From IMG/VR virus record IMGVR_UViG_3300033070_001161, positions 1-64,000 of that record: a stretch of DNA of 64,000 bases; one strand, 5' to 3'. The translations under genes were made by a program, and so were the position numbers. The notes under the pieces were generated by a model, which made no database searches, was not told the DNA's origin, and was given only the letters and a program-made list of their open reading frames with translations. This DNA is from a virus. Taxonomy: Duplodnaviria; Caudoviricetes. This document shows positions 21,601 through 29,913 of the stretch, in pieces. The first letter of the stretch is position 1; the number at the start of each line of letters is the position of its first letter.

Positions 21601-24600
21601 ATCTGGAATCAGTGGTGGGGGATGAATACAGTAGGGTGGCAGATTTATCGCATCAGCTTACAAAAGAACTTATGGAAGACATTACATCAAAGATTTTGAA
21701 TAATTTCTTTGGTGCTAATGCTACATTATCTTTAGCTAATTTATCAGATAATAAGGAAATACCATTAGATGCCTATTACGATGCTATCAAACCTATGTTA
21801 GCTAATAAATTTGTATCAATTGGTAAACAAGCCCTCACTGAAGGTGATGAAGAACTTGCTCTTAATTTTTTAAGTATTGCTGATAATATCACCGATAATT
21901 GGGATGATGTTGTAAAATTAAATAAAGAATATTTAAAAACATTTGGTCTTACAAGCAGTCATGAACAGGCATCTGATAATCTTCCTGAAAAGGTGAAAGA
22001 AGCAAAACAGGCTGAATTTGAAGATGATAATGATGGTATTCAAGATGATGATGAACCTGAATTTGAACAGGAGAATAAATCTCAATTAGAATATGATAGG
22101 GATATATTTACAATTTCTGGTAAGAAAAACGCTTCTGCCGGAATAAGGTTATTATTTGCTACACTTAGGGATGCTAAATTTATTCGTCAGTCTAAAGATG
22201 ATGTGTCCGTAGTTCCAGCTATAGAATTTGAAAGATCATCACTTAATGGATTCAAATTTGTGCAATATGCAAGAGTATTCAATCAAGTAGCAAACGCATT
22301 AGTTAATACTAATAAGATGGAAAATCTTATTAAAAAGCTTGTCAACCATGCTAAAACAAATGCTCCTATTGTAGACCTTTTAAGTCCTAATAAATTAAAT
22401 ATAAATAGAACAACAGGTAAAATAAATTACAATTCATTATCATATAATGAATGGAGAATACTCTTGGATTTTGTAAAAACCATGAGTAAACAATCCCCTA
22501 ATGCCCTCATATATGATATGAAAGGTAATACAGCCAAGCTTATTCCGGGTAATAAATATTCAGGAATTGAGCAAATTAAGAGGAATTTTGTAAAGAATGT
22601 AAAAAATAACAAAGAGTTATTCTCTTTTGATAAAAAGAAAAAGACATTTGTTGTCAATCCTGAATTCTTTAAAAAGAACCCAACACCAACCAATGACAAA
22701 GCATATATAGATTTTGCAAATTCTATAGGTATTAAAACTGTAGACGGTGAATTATTATCGTTGGCTATGTTAAAAGCTATGCCTTTATTTCAAAAAGCAA
22801 AATTCAAAAGTGCTTTATCTAGGGTGTATACTCAATTAAAAAAACAAGACCCTTTATTTGATACATCAAATAAGGCATTACAGATTGAAACTCCTCTGAA
22901 TGAAATAAGTATTGCTATCATTTCCGCAACAAAAGATGACGGTTCTAACACCTTCTTAAACGTACTGAGAAAACCAGTACAGTCAGTGGTGTTGAATAAC
23001 CCCCTGTCTACTTTCTTTAATAATTTCAATTCTGTTTCCTCTCTCGATAATCTGCAAAAAGAGGAGCAAGGACTTACTGATGGGTTTTCTAAAAACTCAG
23101 TGATATTACAAAGAGGTGGTAGATTCTTTAACGAAGATGGTGATCGTACAGATGAGAAGATTGAAGTGGGATATATTGACGGTATAAAAACTCCAAGAAA
23201 CTCTAAACAATCTTCTAAATTATCCCTTATTCAAAGAAGACTCCTTTCTTTCAACCTTAATTTACAAGGTTGGTTTGTTCCTATCACAAATGGTGATAAG
23301 AAAACAGAATGGATACTATCTTTAGGTAATCATATATCTTTCAACCAAGTGGTTGCTGGAACTCACTGGGATTCAATATATTCTATATTTCATAACTATC
23401 TGAAAACAGAAATGGAAGTAGCACAAGTAGACGATGCTAACACATTAGCTGTTCTGGATAAACAAAAAAGGCGTGGAAATCTGAGGTTTTTCCTCAATAT
23501 TCTTCCTGAAAATATTACAAAAAAAGCAAAAGTTGTAATAGATAATCTCGGAGATATTGATGAATTTATTGAAGAAAATGAGAAAAATATCAACAGTGCA
23601 ATACGTAAATTCTTAGAAAAAGAAGCTAGTAGAACACGTACAGAGTTCCAGATATATAATATATTAGCAGTAGATGACAACGGAAATTATATATTTGATG
23701 GAATTGATGAAAAATTCGTAATGGATAACATCAATGATCAGGGTGTAAATAAATTTAGTGAAGAGCAGGTTGATAATGTAATTCTCTATAGAACTGTTAA
23801 TCAGGTGATTAACAATATAGAAATGCATAAACTTGTTATTGGCGACCCTGCATTTATGTCTGATCCTGCAAAACGTATTCCCGGAGCAATGGGTGGTGTA
23901 AATCAGACTACATATGGATCACATGAATTTAATACGCATTTTTCAGCATTAGCAAATAGAACTGATGTTAATTCTAGCTCAATACAATTAGAACCTACTG
24001 ATTTAGGATACACTCCTTTCTCAGATGATGTTTCTATTGTAATATATCAAGATGTTATCGTAGAAGGTAGGGTAGAAGGTAGTGACTATAAGAACACAAA
24101 TGAAGTGGATGGTGGTTCAAAAATGAACCTTTCTGCATATAGAGAATTGAAAATAAGATCAGCAGAATGGACCGATGAACAGGAAAAACAATATCAATAT
24201 CAAATGGCATTCTTCAGAGATAGAATGTCAAAACAGGGAAAATATGACTATTCTTCAAAAGAATTAAAAGAACATGACGTTAACCTTTTAAAACAAGGTC
24301 AGCCTCAAGAAGGTATTTTTGAAATTATCAAACCTAAAGGATGGGGTCAGAATACAGCATCTCCATATAAAGATATAGTGTTCCTGAAAACATCAGCTCA
24401 ACCTATTATCCCTACTGTAGCAAAAGATACAAACGATGAACTTCTTCTTCTGAAAATGATGAATGAAGGTATAAAAATTGCAGCTTTTGAATCAGCAGTA
24501 AAAGTAGGGGTACGTAGCACTGAAGCAGCATATGTAGATGGTAAGTTTAATGAAAATAAATACAACCCCGATGCAATACTCTATCCTTCTTGGAAAGATT

Positions 24601-27600
24601 TAGGTATTCAGGTAGAAACCCAATTCTCTCAAGGTAAGAATAAACTGACATTAGGTAGTCAGCTTACAACACTCGCTACACTTAACCTGTTATCTGGTGG
24701 TGTACCACAAGGATTTACAGCTACAGAATGGAGCAAACTTTCTGAAGAAGAAAGAATGGCAAAATCTGAAATATACAGAGAGGTAGTTACAAATAATCAG
24801 ATTCTTGTAGAACTTACAAATAATGGATATGTAGAACTTCTCGATAAATTAGGAATAGAAGAAGATGAAGATGGAAATTATGAAATAGTTGATTATCAAC
24901 GAGTTGTAGATTTCCTTAAAGAACAGGCTCGTGACATGGATGATAATACAAAAGCTGCTCTTAAAGTGGACGATGTATTAAATTCATTAGCCGTACCTCT
25001 TGAGGCTATCCCTACATATACTCAATTGAAAGCAATTCTTTATTCTATTGTAGATAAAAACATAGCATCTCCTAAAACATCAGGTATTGGTTTAGTGCAG
25101 ATGCCGTCTACATTTACAGAAAATGAAGCGAGAACTACGCTTGTCGGTAATTCCACTTATAAATTCTATACAAAAGAAGAGCCTTGGATTGAGGTAAGTT
25201 TACCCGCATGGTTTAGAGATCATCTTGAGAGATTTTATATTAATAATAAAAAACCCATTCCTTCAGAAGAAGAGCTGCTCAAATTATTGAATGATACTGA
25301 TATATTAAATGGTATAGGTTTCCGTATCCCCACTCAGGAAATGAACTCTGTAGAGGTGTTTAAAATTAAGAGTTTTCTTCCTAAAGTGATGGGTAACACT
25401 ATTATTGTACCTTCAGAAATCACCACAAAAGCGGGTAGTGACTTTGACATTGATAAACTGAATGCGTATCTTAAAAATGTTATAATTACCAAAACGGGTA
25501 AAATATCCAAAGTAGCATCATTTAATTCTCAGGAAGAAGCCGCTGATCATTTTGGAAGTGAATATGAAAATACTATTCAGAAGGAAATCAATAAAATTGA
25601 AAAATATGAAGATTTCCGTGAAACTCTTTTAGCTGTATTCAATGCAATAGAAAATATCAAGGGTGATATTACCTTAGATAAAATCAAAAAAGCACTCAAT
25701 GAAAACCTTAAAGAATTCTATGATGTGCATATGACTCTTCTTAATGAAATTATAGATCAAGCTGCTGAAGAACAATTAAATCCTTCAGAATATATTCAGA
25801 ATCAGATAGATAGGCTTTCCCGTAAAAAAGGAAAACTTAATGCTAAGTTATTTAATGAACTGGCTAAAGAGATGTATATTAAAAAATATACAAGAAAATC
25901 TCTTGAAAACGCATACTACGAATCCCTCGAAAGGCTTGTTCAGCTTCCTGAAAACTTTGAAAGGTTGATACAAATCAACACTACAAAAAATCTTGAAGAA
26001 ATTAAGAATAACCTTAATAAGGCATTATTCACTGAGGATGAAATTAAACAAAATAACATCAATACAGGTGAAAAACTTGCATTGAACTATCTTCCTATTA
26101 TCTCACCTTACACTCTGGATGAAATCAGGCATAATCTGGTTACAGGTAAGGATGGTGTTGGTATTGCTGCTGCTGCTCAAAAGAGCAACTCAATTATGCA
26201 ACGTACTCAGGTAGTGATTGATCCAAGTAGAGTGAATCTCCTTGACGATATTGATCCATTAAGAACACAATTAATAGGTGATGGTGTTATACGTTTTCCT
26301 CATAATAAAATTAATGGAAAACCCACCATATCAATGTCTAAAACAGCAGATGGTAAAAAATATATTTCAGATATTATCTCTGAGTATATTAACGGATTTG
26401 TGGACGTTGTAAAGAATACATTCATTATTGAAATGGGTGTTACCACTCGTACAGCAGGTACGTTCTTATTTATGGATAGACTTGGTAATAACACTGAACA
26501 TACCACCTATTTTATGAACCAACCTATTATCAGGCAATATTTAAAATTTCTTGATAAAAACAAGATAAATGGTATTAGACATAAAGAAAGTATAGGTGAA
26601 ATTTACTCTACTTGGGGTGATGTTAAGTATACAGGAAACGACACGCTTCCTACAGCTAATCAATTACTGGATAATATTAAAGAATATAAAGGAAAAAATA
26701 GGGATTTTAAGAATTTATCTCCTGAATTTGTAGAAGAGCAATCTAAAATATTTAATGAATTCCTGAAATATCAGGAGATGGCATCTGATTTATTTACCCT
26801 TATGCAGGGTATAAATTGGGATACAGCCCACATGTCTGATCCTGAACAATTCCTTCTGAAGGATATTAATTACGATAAGGCAAACAACACCATATTCACT
26901 CCTGCTTCAGAGATATTGAAGAATGTATTTATTGGAAATACACGCCAAAAATTGATGGATTCTAGGAATGCAATAGGTGGTTTTATAGCCATAGAACATC
27001 CTAATGTACGTGAAGTGCTAGATACATTAAAGCGTAAGTTCATTAGTATGAGCTTCTTCCCCAAGCCTGATGTATATAGTGCTATTGCTAAACGTATAAA
27101 TAACTCCTTTTTAAACTATATCTTACAGGTAAAAGGTGGATATAACAGAACTCAGATTGAGCAAGTTCTTTTGGATGAGCAAAATGGAGCAGCTTCACTA
27201 CTTGAAGATTTACAAATTGCCACTAAAAAAGATTCTGTTTTACATTCAATTCTGAAGCAATTCTCCATTGAAAGAAGAGGTAATGATGCTAATAGTGTAA
27301 AAGCTATTATATTCAAGAAAAGTGGTAATGATAAATACGACAGAGATACTGATATTGACAATTTCAGAATTTTAAAAGAAAACGCATACACTCAGGAATT
27401 ATATAAAAAACTGGTCAGGGCAGCTCTTTTACAATCTGGTGTACAGTATTCTCCTATTTCATATTCACATTTAATACCTTCTGAAGACTATGCAAAAGCA
27501 CTATCTAGTCTTGTGAATAATCTGTCTACATACACCGATCTGGATAAATTCCTCACATCTAAATCATTTGCTAGAAACAACTGGAGTAATTCAGATGTAG

Positions 27601-28721
27601 CTAAACCGTTGACAATCAGTGAGAAAATGAAGGGTGTATCAGATATGGGTACAGTGTGGGCTATTCCGTTTATTCTTCCTAAACAACTTTCTAAGTTCCC
27701 TAAAGGATCAATAATGAAATCAAGAATGTTCTTAGGAGAATATGCTAAGTATCAACCACTTAACTCAATGGGTAGAGAAATGGCTTTTGTGCCCGATCTT
27801 ACATATATGATAAATAAAAAGGATGCGTTTGAGAAAAACAATCCTATTTTAACAAAAACATATCTCTACGAAATTGTCAAAGACGAAATGGGTAAACCTC
27901 TTACAATTACAGAAAATTACAAAAATAAACAAGATGAAGAGGTACAAAGTGTAAGTTATCTGTATAAAGCAATCAATGCTTGGGGAGATGGTATGTATGC
28001 ACAAGAGTATTATGATGCTGAACGTTCTTCACAAATTGAAAATAATACATTCAAAGTGGATGAAACAGTAGTAAATGATACAGCTATTTATACAGCATTA
28101 CGTGGAAAATCTGTATCTTTGCAAAGTAAAAAAGAAATTAAAACAGAGCTTATAGAATCTTCTAATAAAGTAATAGAAGGAGATATCTTTAGTATAAAAG
28201 GAATTCCTGTTATTACCACTAATTTAGGAGGTGTTCATGGGGCAGGATTAGCGCAAAAAGCTAAAAGTAAAGGTCTTATCAAGCAAGGAGATGGTTTATT
28301 TAAAGCAAATAATAACGTTGTTCAACTTCCTGTAAAAAAAATATGGAGTGATAATATGGCAATGAACAACAATATGAAACTACTTGCAGAAAGTCTTAAT
28401 AAATTAGTAAAAGTAGCAAATGAAAATAAAAATAATACGTATTTATTACCACTCGCTGGACTAGGGCATGGTGAAGGAAAAGTCAGTGAAATAATGCCAC
28501 TTTTAATTTCAACGTTACAAGCTTCTGAAAATATTAAATTAATATTACCTACAGAAGATATTTCTTTAGGTAGACAAGCTACTGTAAGAAAAGATGAAAC
28601 TAGAAAAAAACTACCTGAAATAAAAACAATGTTAGAAAAAGCAGGATTTATTAAAAGTAATAAGATAAATACTTCTGATAATAAATCAACTCAGGATAAA
28701 ATAAACGACTGTTTAGGATAA
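15630..28721 (+). CDS. Giant virion-packaged multidomain RNA polymerase (crAss-like, double-psi beta-barrel) with zincin-like and C-terminal macrodomain
   Basis: 4363 aa; GFRIPTQ followed by GSDFDIDKL catalytic motif (DFDID at 25440-25454); YHEAFE...EKLADEF at 21252; macrodomain at 28170-28550; N-terminal Gly/Ala-rich hydrophobic helices. Confidence 0.9.
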   Translation: MPEDQLPNINSPLEDKLASIQNDWTKSQFSGNGNSKGGDPTSTLLKKMNGVMSAKESYSTPDIVSPNIIDVSGRYPKQLVGWDNEDLYGDAQSGWSQAWRGIVKGVALAGTTFLQGTLGLVYGLGAAAGTLELNKLFNNDFSNAIDDFNKMLENQYLQNYYTKRERDAKWYEPANLFSTNFIFDKFVKNLGFSIGAIYSGAAVAKALRMIPAISSLFTGEKAAATLAQIESKLSTVPALQRTDEMYNMLIKASDAATKAAKFGSGVERTVIGTLGAVTEGGIEALQGLNEYRNSLIDNYIATNGVAPVGDELDKINDLSSSLGNSRFLLNIGLLSATNYIMLPKILGSSYKTSKSLANKEINNIVKNQEGKWVSALSQAPRVEKFIRKSTNVAELFFSPTEGFEELSQYAIERGVNDYYSKAYKGEGRSFANSMLAGYDQAINSNEGMEQFLIGALSGGMQQAGIVGTYQNEKGQTKVGIGKSGNIGERGITGTGGERGRNTTSFLAQMNDPKNQMRFKSDTWVKDMVDATARGINLQKEGEAFIRQGDVLEAKDNEADYMHNYLAVRIKHGRYDLVQDDIENFRQQAASPEGLNMLKQQGYANENDTQQTFLARVNNFEKHAKNIDSLYQSLNMVYGAKINQDGQRVYSDEVIDKMVYVGSKIADYEQRIPELSQQLLSNQIVLGDTLSNIYKNGVPSADAVKDAIKQIDDLSVIDSKKDELKQSLRDVIELTGRRKEFLDEFKKLKTSPESFTTVTEPTTTTATTDKKKIKLKTKDGEEELEVGTEYFAGSQVIESKEGVVYEKFPRFTIIGENEDGSVKIKTSNGDILDVKKDAFSKYKFGKVSDTEKHPNAMFYVEASDTIFTFNMGKKDKNPRGRLSYDPKTDKLYFITLDGKKTIAVTRDQFSPKKGYSIAQIYSSDKLTPKAEEALKQEVNLSEIQEKREARLKIISELREAAYDRLDKLTDKISQKKEQLEGVEKNLKELEEKLQKDDNFRKNGKGFKKAGKEVIRQLNILSGMRTLLSREIEELTAEQEEVEFNISYFEDMGQNIDELPTDSKDFIEELNNQVLDLQILYEETGKQINYLSGVLSKVEDALKTAVDFALNLIQKFEKKYPGLPIAPEALRSFLNKDLEFKGTWPDYQSYLTANPNLLSDLREFDRELADIDDLDVIPNERSVKELQDNIADLNKQLAQYEKEIKAKSAILDKFEDIAKEYKRKEEAKRQYEKDKALHDALFKAQSQLSEQPSDDSTDDELAKIETKDKEASKKKDLSIYPISTIAPSRETDPEFENKPHLLREEKFLNNYAAGLLKDENGNDITPDLRVLVIHRNNQAKYGLDGLVELRNPKQADESEEAYDKRLTNAESGTILYLYIKKGEGEWEVIDENGKKIGSFDNEFNPSGIDINKVVTSTAPAAKISLKAGSFTNKDNLNLAEVEKAWLEKRKQLLEEGDLLTVSGVSRGVKQVTSTSDKNPITPTLTDSKTVDKQQVIFVSTSDVINTPNDTIYYKAGRPYFQIGDNVILLNNRNINEKEADAIFLVLKEVATKFQESIKANRPNLDKQLVDWLNSIIYWYSPSEKNPTAHNHQIYVKSGKLFISGVDTGIYFNPDSLDANRKPIIETFLKGNTAGRGTYHHVSHKNLSSDQPYIEYYTEDGKTLKTREHKSYQHYLIANNVVSTNVRPQMSDTDSNIRGRYAITDMELSLPKEDVKPPKVEKKEEVVQSSGKPDKLAEALAVLAANKAKRQAKKEGAAAEEKEEKSIVPSKANRLKSTDTVSVSIKAADLLAKLNGKGFVGTDSNDEEYRRVVEKSIDNVKKEDIAAVKAWFAKNLPNVPLNIVEHILKTTDGGFAWGKFSSVGVTMYEKAKEGTGYHEAFEAVWKMFIPVEDKQKIVSEMRRRKGSFYDAITGQNTEYKSATDTQLKEKLADEFAEYVQTNGAISEKIKGQPWIIRIFRALKELFEKLVSPQNNIDQLFRNINSGQYATKPVNLESVVGDEYSRVADLSHQLTKELMEDITSKILNNFFGANATLSLANLSDNKEIPLDAYYDAIKPMLANKFVSIGKQALTEGDEELALNFLSIADNITDNWDDVVKLNKEYLKTFGLTSSHEQASDNLPEKVKEAKQAEFEDDNDGIQDDDEPEFEQENKSQLEYDRDIFTISGKKNASAGIRLLFATLRDAKFIRQSKDDVSVVPAIEFERSSLNGFKFVQYARVFNQVANALVNTNKMENLIKKLVNHAKTNAPIVDLLSPNKLNINRTTGKINYNSLSYNEWRILLDFVKTMSKQSPNALIYDMKGNTAKLIPGNKYSGIEQIKRNFVKNVKNNKELFSFDKKKKTFVVNPEFFKKNPTPTNDKAYIDFANSIGIKTVDGELLSLAMLKAMPLFQKAKFKSALSRVYTQLKKQDPLFDTSNKALQIETPLNEISIAIISATKDDGSNTFLNVLRKPVQSVVLNNPLSTFFNNFNSVSSLDNLQKEEQGLTDGFSKNSVILQRGGRFFNEDGDRTDEKIEVGYIDGIKTPRNSKQSSKLSLIQRRLLSFNLNLQGWFVPITNGDKKTEWILSLGNHISFNQVVAGTHWDSIYSIFHNYLKTEMEVAQVDDANTLAVLDKQKRRGNLRFFLNILPENITKKAKVVIDNLGDIDEFIEENEKNINSAIRKFLEKEASRTRTEFQIYNILAVDDNGNYIFDGIDEKFVMDNINDQGVNKFSEEQVDNVILYRTVNQVINNIEMHKLVIGDPAFMSDPAKRIPGAMGGVNQTTYGSHEFNTHFSALANRTDVNSSSIQLEPTDLGYTPFSDDVSIVIYQDVIVEGRVEGSDYKNTNEVDGGSKMNLSAYRELKIRSAEWTDEQEKQYQYQMAFFRDRMSKQGKYDYSSKELKEHDVNLLKQGQPQEGIFEIIKPKGWGQNTASPYKDIVFLKTSAQPIIPTVAKDTNDELLLLKMMNEGIKIAAFESAVKVGVRSTEAAYVDGKFNENKYNPDAILYPSWKDLGIQVETQFSQGKNKLTLGSQLTTLATLNLLSGGVPQGFTATEWSKLSEEERMAKSEIYREVVTNNQILVELTNNGYVELLDKLGIEEDEDGNYEIVDYQRVVDFLKEQARDMDDNTKAALKVDDVLNSLAVPLEAIPTYTQLKAILYSIVDKNIASPKTSGIGLVQMPSTFTENEARTTLVGNSTYKFYTKEEPWIEVSLPAWFRDHLERFYINNKKPIPSEEELLKLLNDTDILNGIGFRIPTQEMNSVEVFKIKSFLPKVMGNTIIVPSEITTKAGSDFDIDKLNAYLKNVIITKTGKISKVASFNSQEEAADHFGSEYENTIQKEINKIEKYEDFRETLLAVFNAIENIKGDITLDKIKKALNENLKEFYDVHMTLLNEIIDQAAEEQLNPSEYIQNQIDRLSRKKGKLNAKLFNELAKEMYIKKYTRKSLENAYYESLERLVQLPENFERLIQINTTKNLEEIKNNLNKALFTEDEIKQNNINTGEKLALNYLPIISPYTLDEIRHNLVTGKDGVGIAAAAQKSNSIMQRTQVVIDPSRVNLLDDIDPLRTQLIGDGVIRFPHNKINGKPTISMSKTADGKKYISDIISEYINGFVDVVKNTFIIEMGVTTRTAGTFLFMDRLGNNTEHTTYFMNQPIIRQYLKFLDKNKINGIRHKESIGEIYSTWGDVKYTGNDTLPTANQLLDNIKEYKGKNRDFKNLSPEFVEEQSKIFNEFLKYQEMASDLFTLMQGINWDTAHMSDPEQFLLKDINYDKANNTIFTPASEILKNVFIGNTRQKLMDSRNAIGGFIAIEHPNVREVLDTLKRKFISMSFFPKPDVYSAIAKRINNSFLNYILQVKGGYNRTQIEQVLLDEQNGAASLLEDLQIATKKDSVLHSILKQFSIERRGNDANSVKAIIFKKSGNDKYDRDTDIDNFRILKENAYTQELYKKLVRAALLQSGVQYSPISYSHLIPSEDYAKALSSLVNNLSTYTDLDKFLTSKSFARNNWSNSDVAKPLTISEKMKGVSDMGTVWAIPFILPKQLSKFPKGSIMKSRMFLGEYAKYQPLNSMGREMAFVPDLTYMINKKDAFEKNNPILTKTYLYEIVKDEMGKPLTITENYKNKQDEEVQSVSYLYKAINAWGDGMYAQEYYDAERSSQIENNTFKVDETVVNDTAIYTALRGKSVSLQSKKEIKTELIESSNKVIEGDIFSIKGIPVITTNLGGVHGAGLAQKAKSKGLIKQGDGLFKANNNVVQLPVKKIWSDNMAMNNNMKLLAESLNKLVKVANENKNNTYLLPLAGLGHGEGKVSEIMPLLISTLQASENIKLILPTEDISLGRQATVRKDETRKKLPEIKTMLEKAGFIKSNKINTSDNKSTQDKINDCLG

Positions 28722-28736
28722 AACAATAAAATAATT

Positions 28737-29426
28737 ATGGCCTGTCCCAATATAAACTCTCCTCAGTGGAAGGATTTAGTAAGTAAAATAGGTGTATTTG
28801 AAGCAATGAGAGAATTCATCAAAAATGGTGAAGAAATCCCAGATGCTGCAAATTATCAAGAAACATTTTCAGGTATTAATGCTACGTTAAAAGTAGTAGG
28901 AGCACTCCAGAAAATGACAAGAAACTCGTATCCTTCCAATCAGGTACAAGGATTTTATAATGACTTGATAAAATTAGGTACACCTAAGAATCAATTAGAT
29001 TTATTAAAAGACCATATAGAAAGGAATAATATAAAACAAATCAATGTTAATGATTTGATTGTCAGTATTTTATCTGAAATGAACTACACAATTGAAATTA
29101 ATACTGCTACAACAAGTTTAAAAAGAGATTATGATGAGGGATATGAATTTTCTGAAGAAGAGTTAATGAGAGGTCCACAATCAGAAGATTTATTAAAAAA
29201 ACCAAGACCAACTACATATTATGCTAATTTAACTGTACCGGGAGGTACTAATTATACAGAAAATGAAATAGCTACACCAGCTATTGTTCCTTCTATTAAA
29301 GGACATGCTCAATTTTCTACAGATAATGGTATTGGATGGTTTCGTTCAGATGACAAACATCCCTTTACAGGATTTTTAGAAGATTTAATTGCTTCGGGAA
29401 CAATAAAAAAAGCACCTTGCGAATAA
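28737..29426 (+). CDS. N-terminal fragment of a split RNAP-cluster cargo protein
   Basis: Starts MACPNINSPQW; ends in the first half of a polyvalent-protein-type domain (VPGGTNYTENEI...GHAQF...GWFRSD) plus a tail ending APCE. Confidence 0.7.
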   Translation: MACPNINSPQWKDLVSKIGVFEAMREFIKNGEEIPDAANYQETFSGINATLKVVGALQKMTRNSYPSNQVQGFYNDLIKLGTPKNQLDLLKDHIERNNIKQINVNDLIVSILSEMNYTIEINTATTSLKRDYDEGYEFSEEELMRGPQSEDLLKKPRPTTYYANLTVPGGTNYTENEIATPAIVPSIKGHAQFSTDNGIGWFRSDDKHPFTGFLEDLIASGTIKKAPCE

Positions 29427-29911
29427 TGAAAACAGGAATATATAAAATAGAAAATAAAATAAATGGTAAATTTTATATAGGAAGTGCTGTACATTTCTAT
29501 AATAGAAAATCTGACCATTTTAGAAGATTAAGATTAGGTATTCATAAAAATACTCATCTTCAAAATTCTTATAATAAATACGGCAAAGAAATTTTTACAA
29601 TGTTTTTAATAGAAGAATGTATTAAAGAAGATTTACCTATAAAAGAACAATATTATATTGATACTTTAAAGCCTGAATATAATATTTGTTTAAAAGTAGA
29701 AGGAAGATGGGGTTTAAATCATACAGAAGAAGTTAAATCTAAAATTTCAGATTCTGTAAAAAAGTTTCATAGAGAAGTTGGACATTCTGAAGAGACTAAA
29801 AGTAAAATTGCTAATGCCTTAAAAGGTAGAAAACAATCTTCAGAAACTATTGAAAAACGTAGACAAGCTAATATTAAAGCTTGGGAACTTAAAAAATTAA
29901 ACAATAATTAA
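29426..29911 (+). mobile_element. Free-standing GIY-YIG homing endonuclease with NUMOD3-like repeats
   Basis: GIYKIENKINGKFYIGS, E...ID...PEYN, H[TS]EE[TV]KSKI repeats; probable start is the TAATG overlap at 29426 (ORF track starts at 29417). Confidence 0.9.
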
Positions 29912-29913
29912 CT

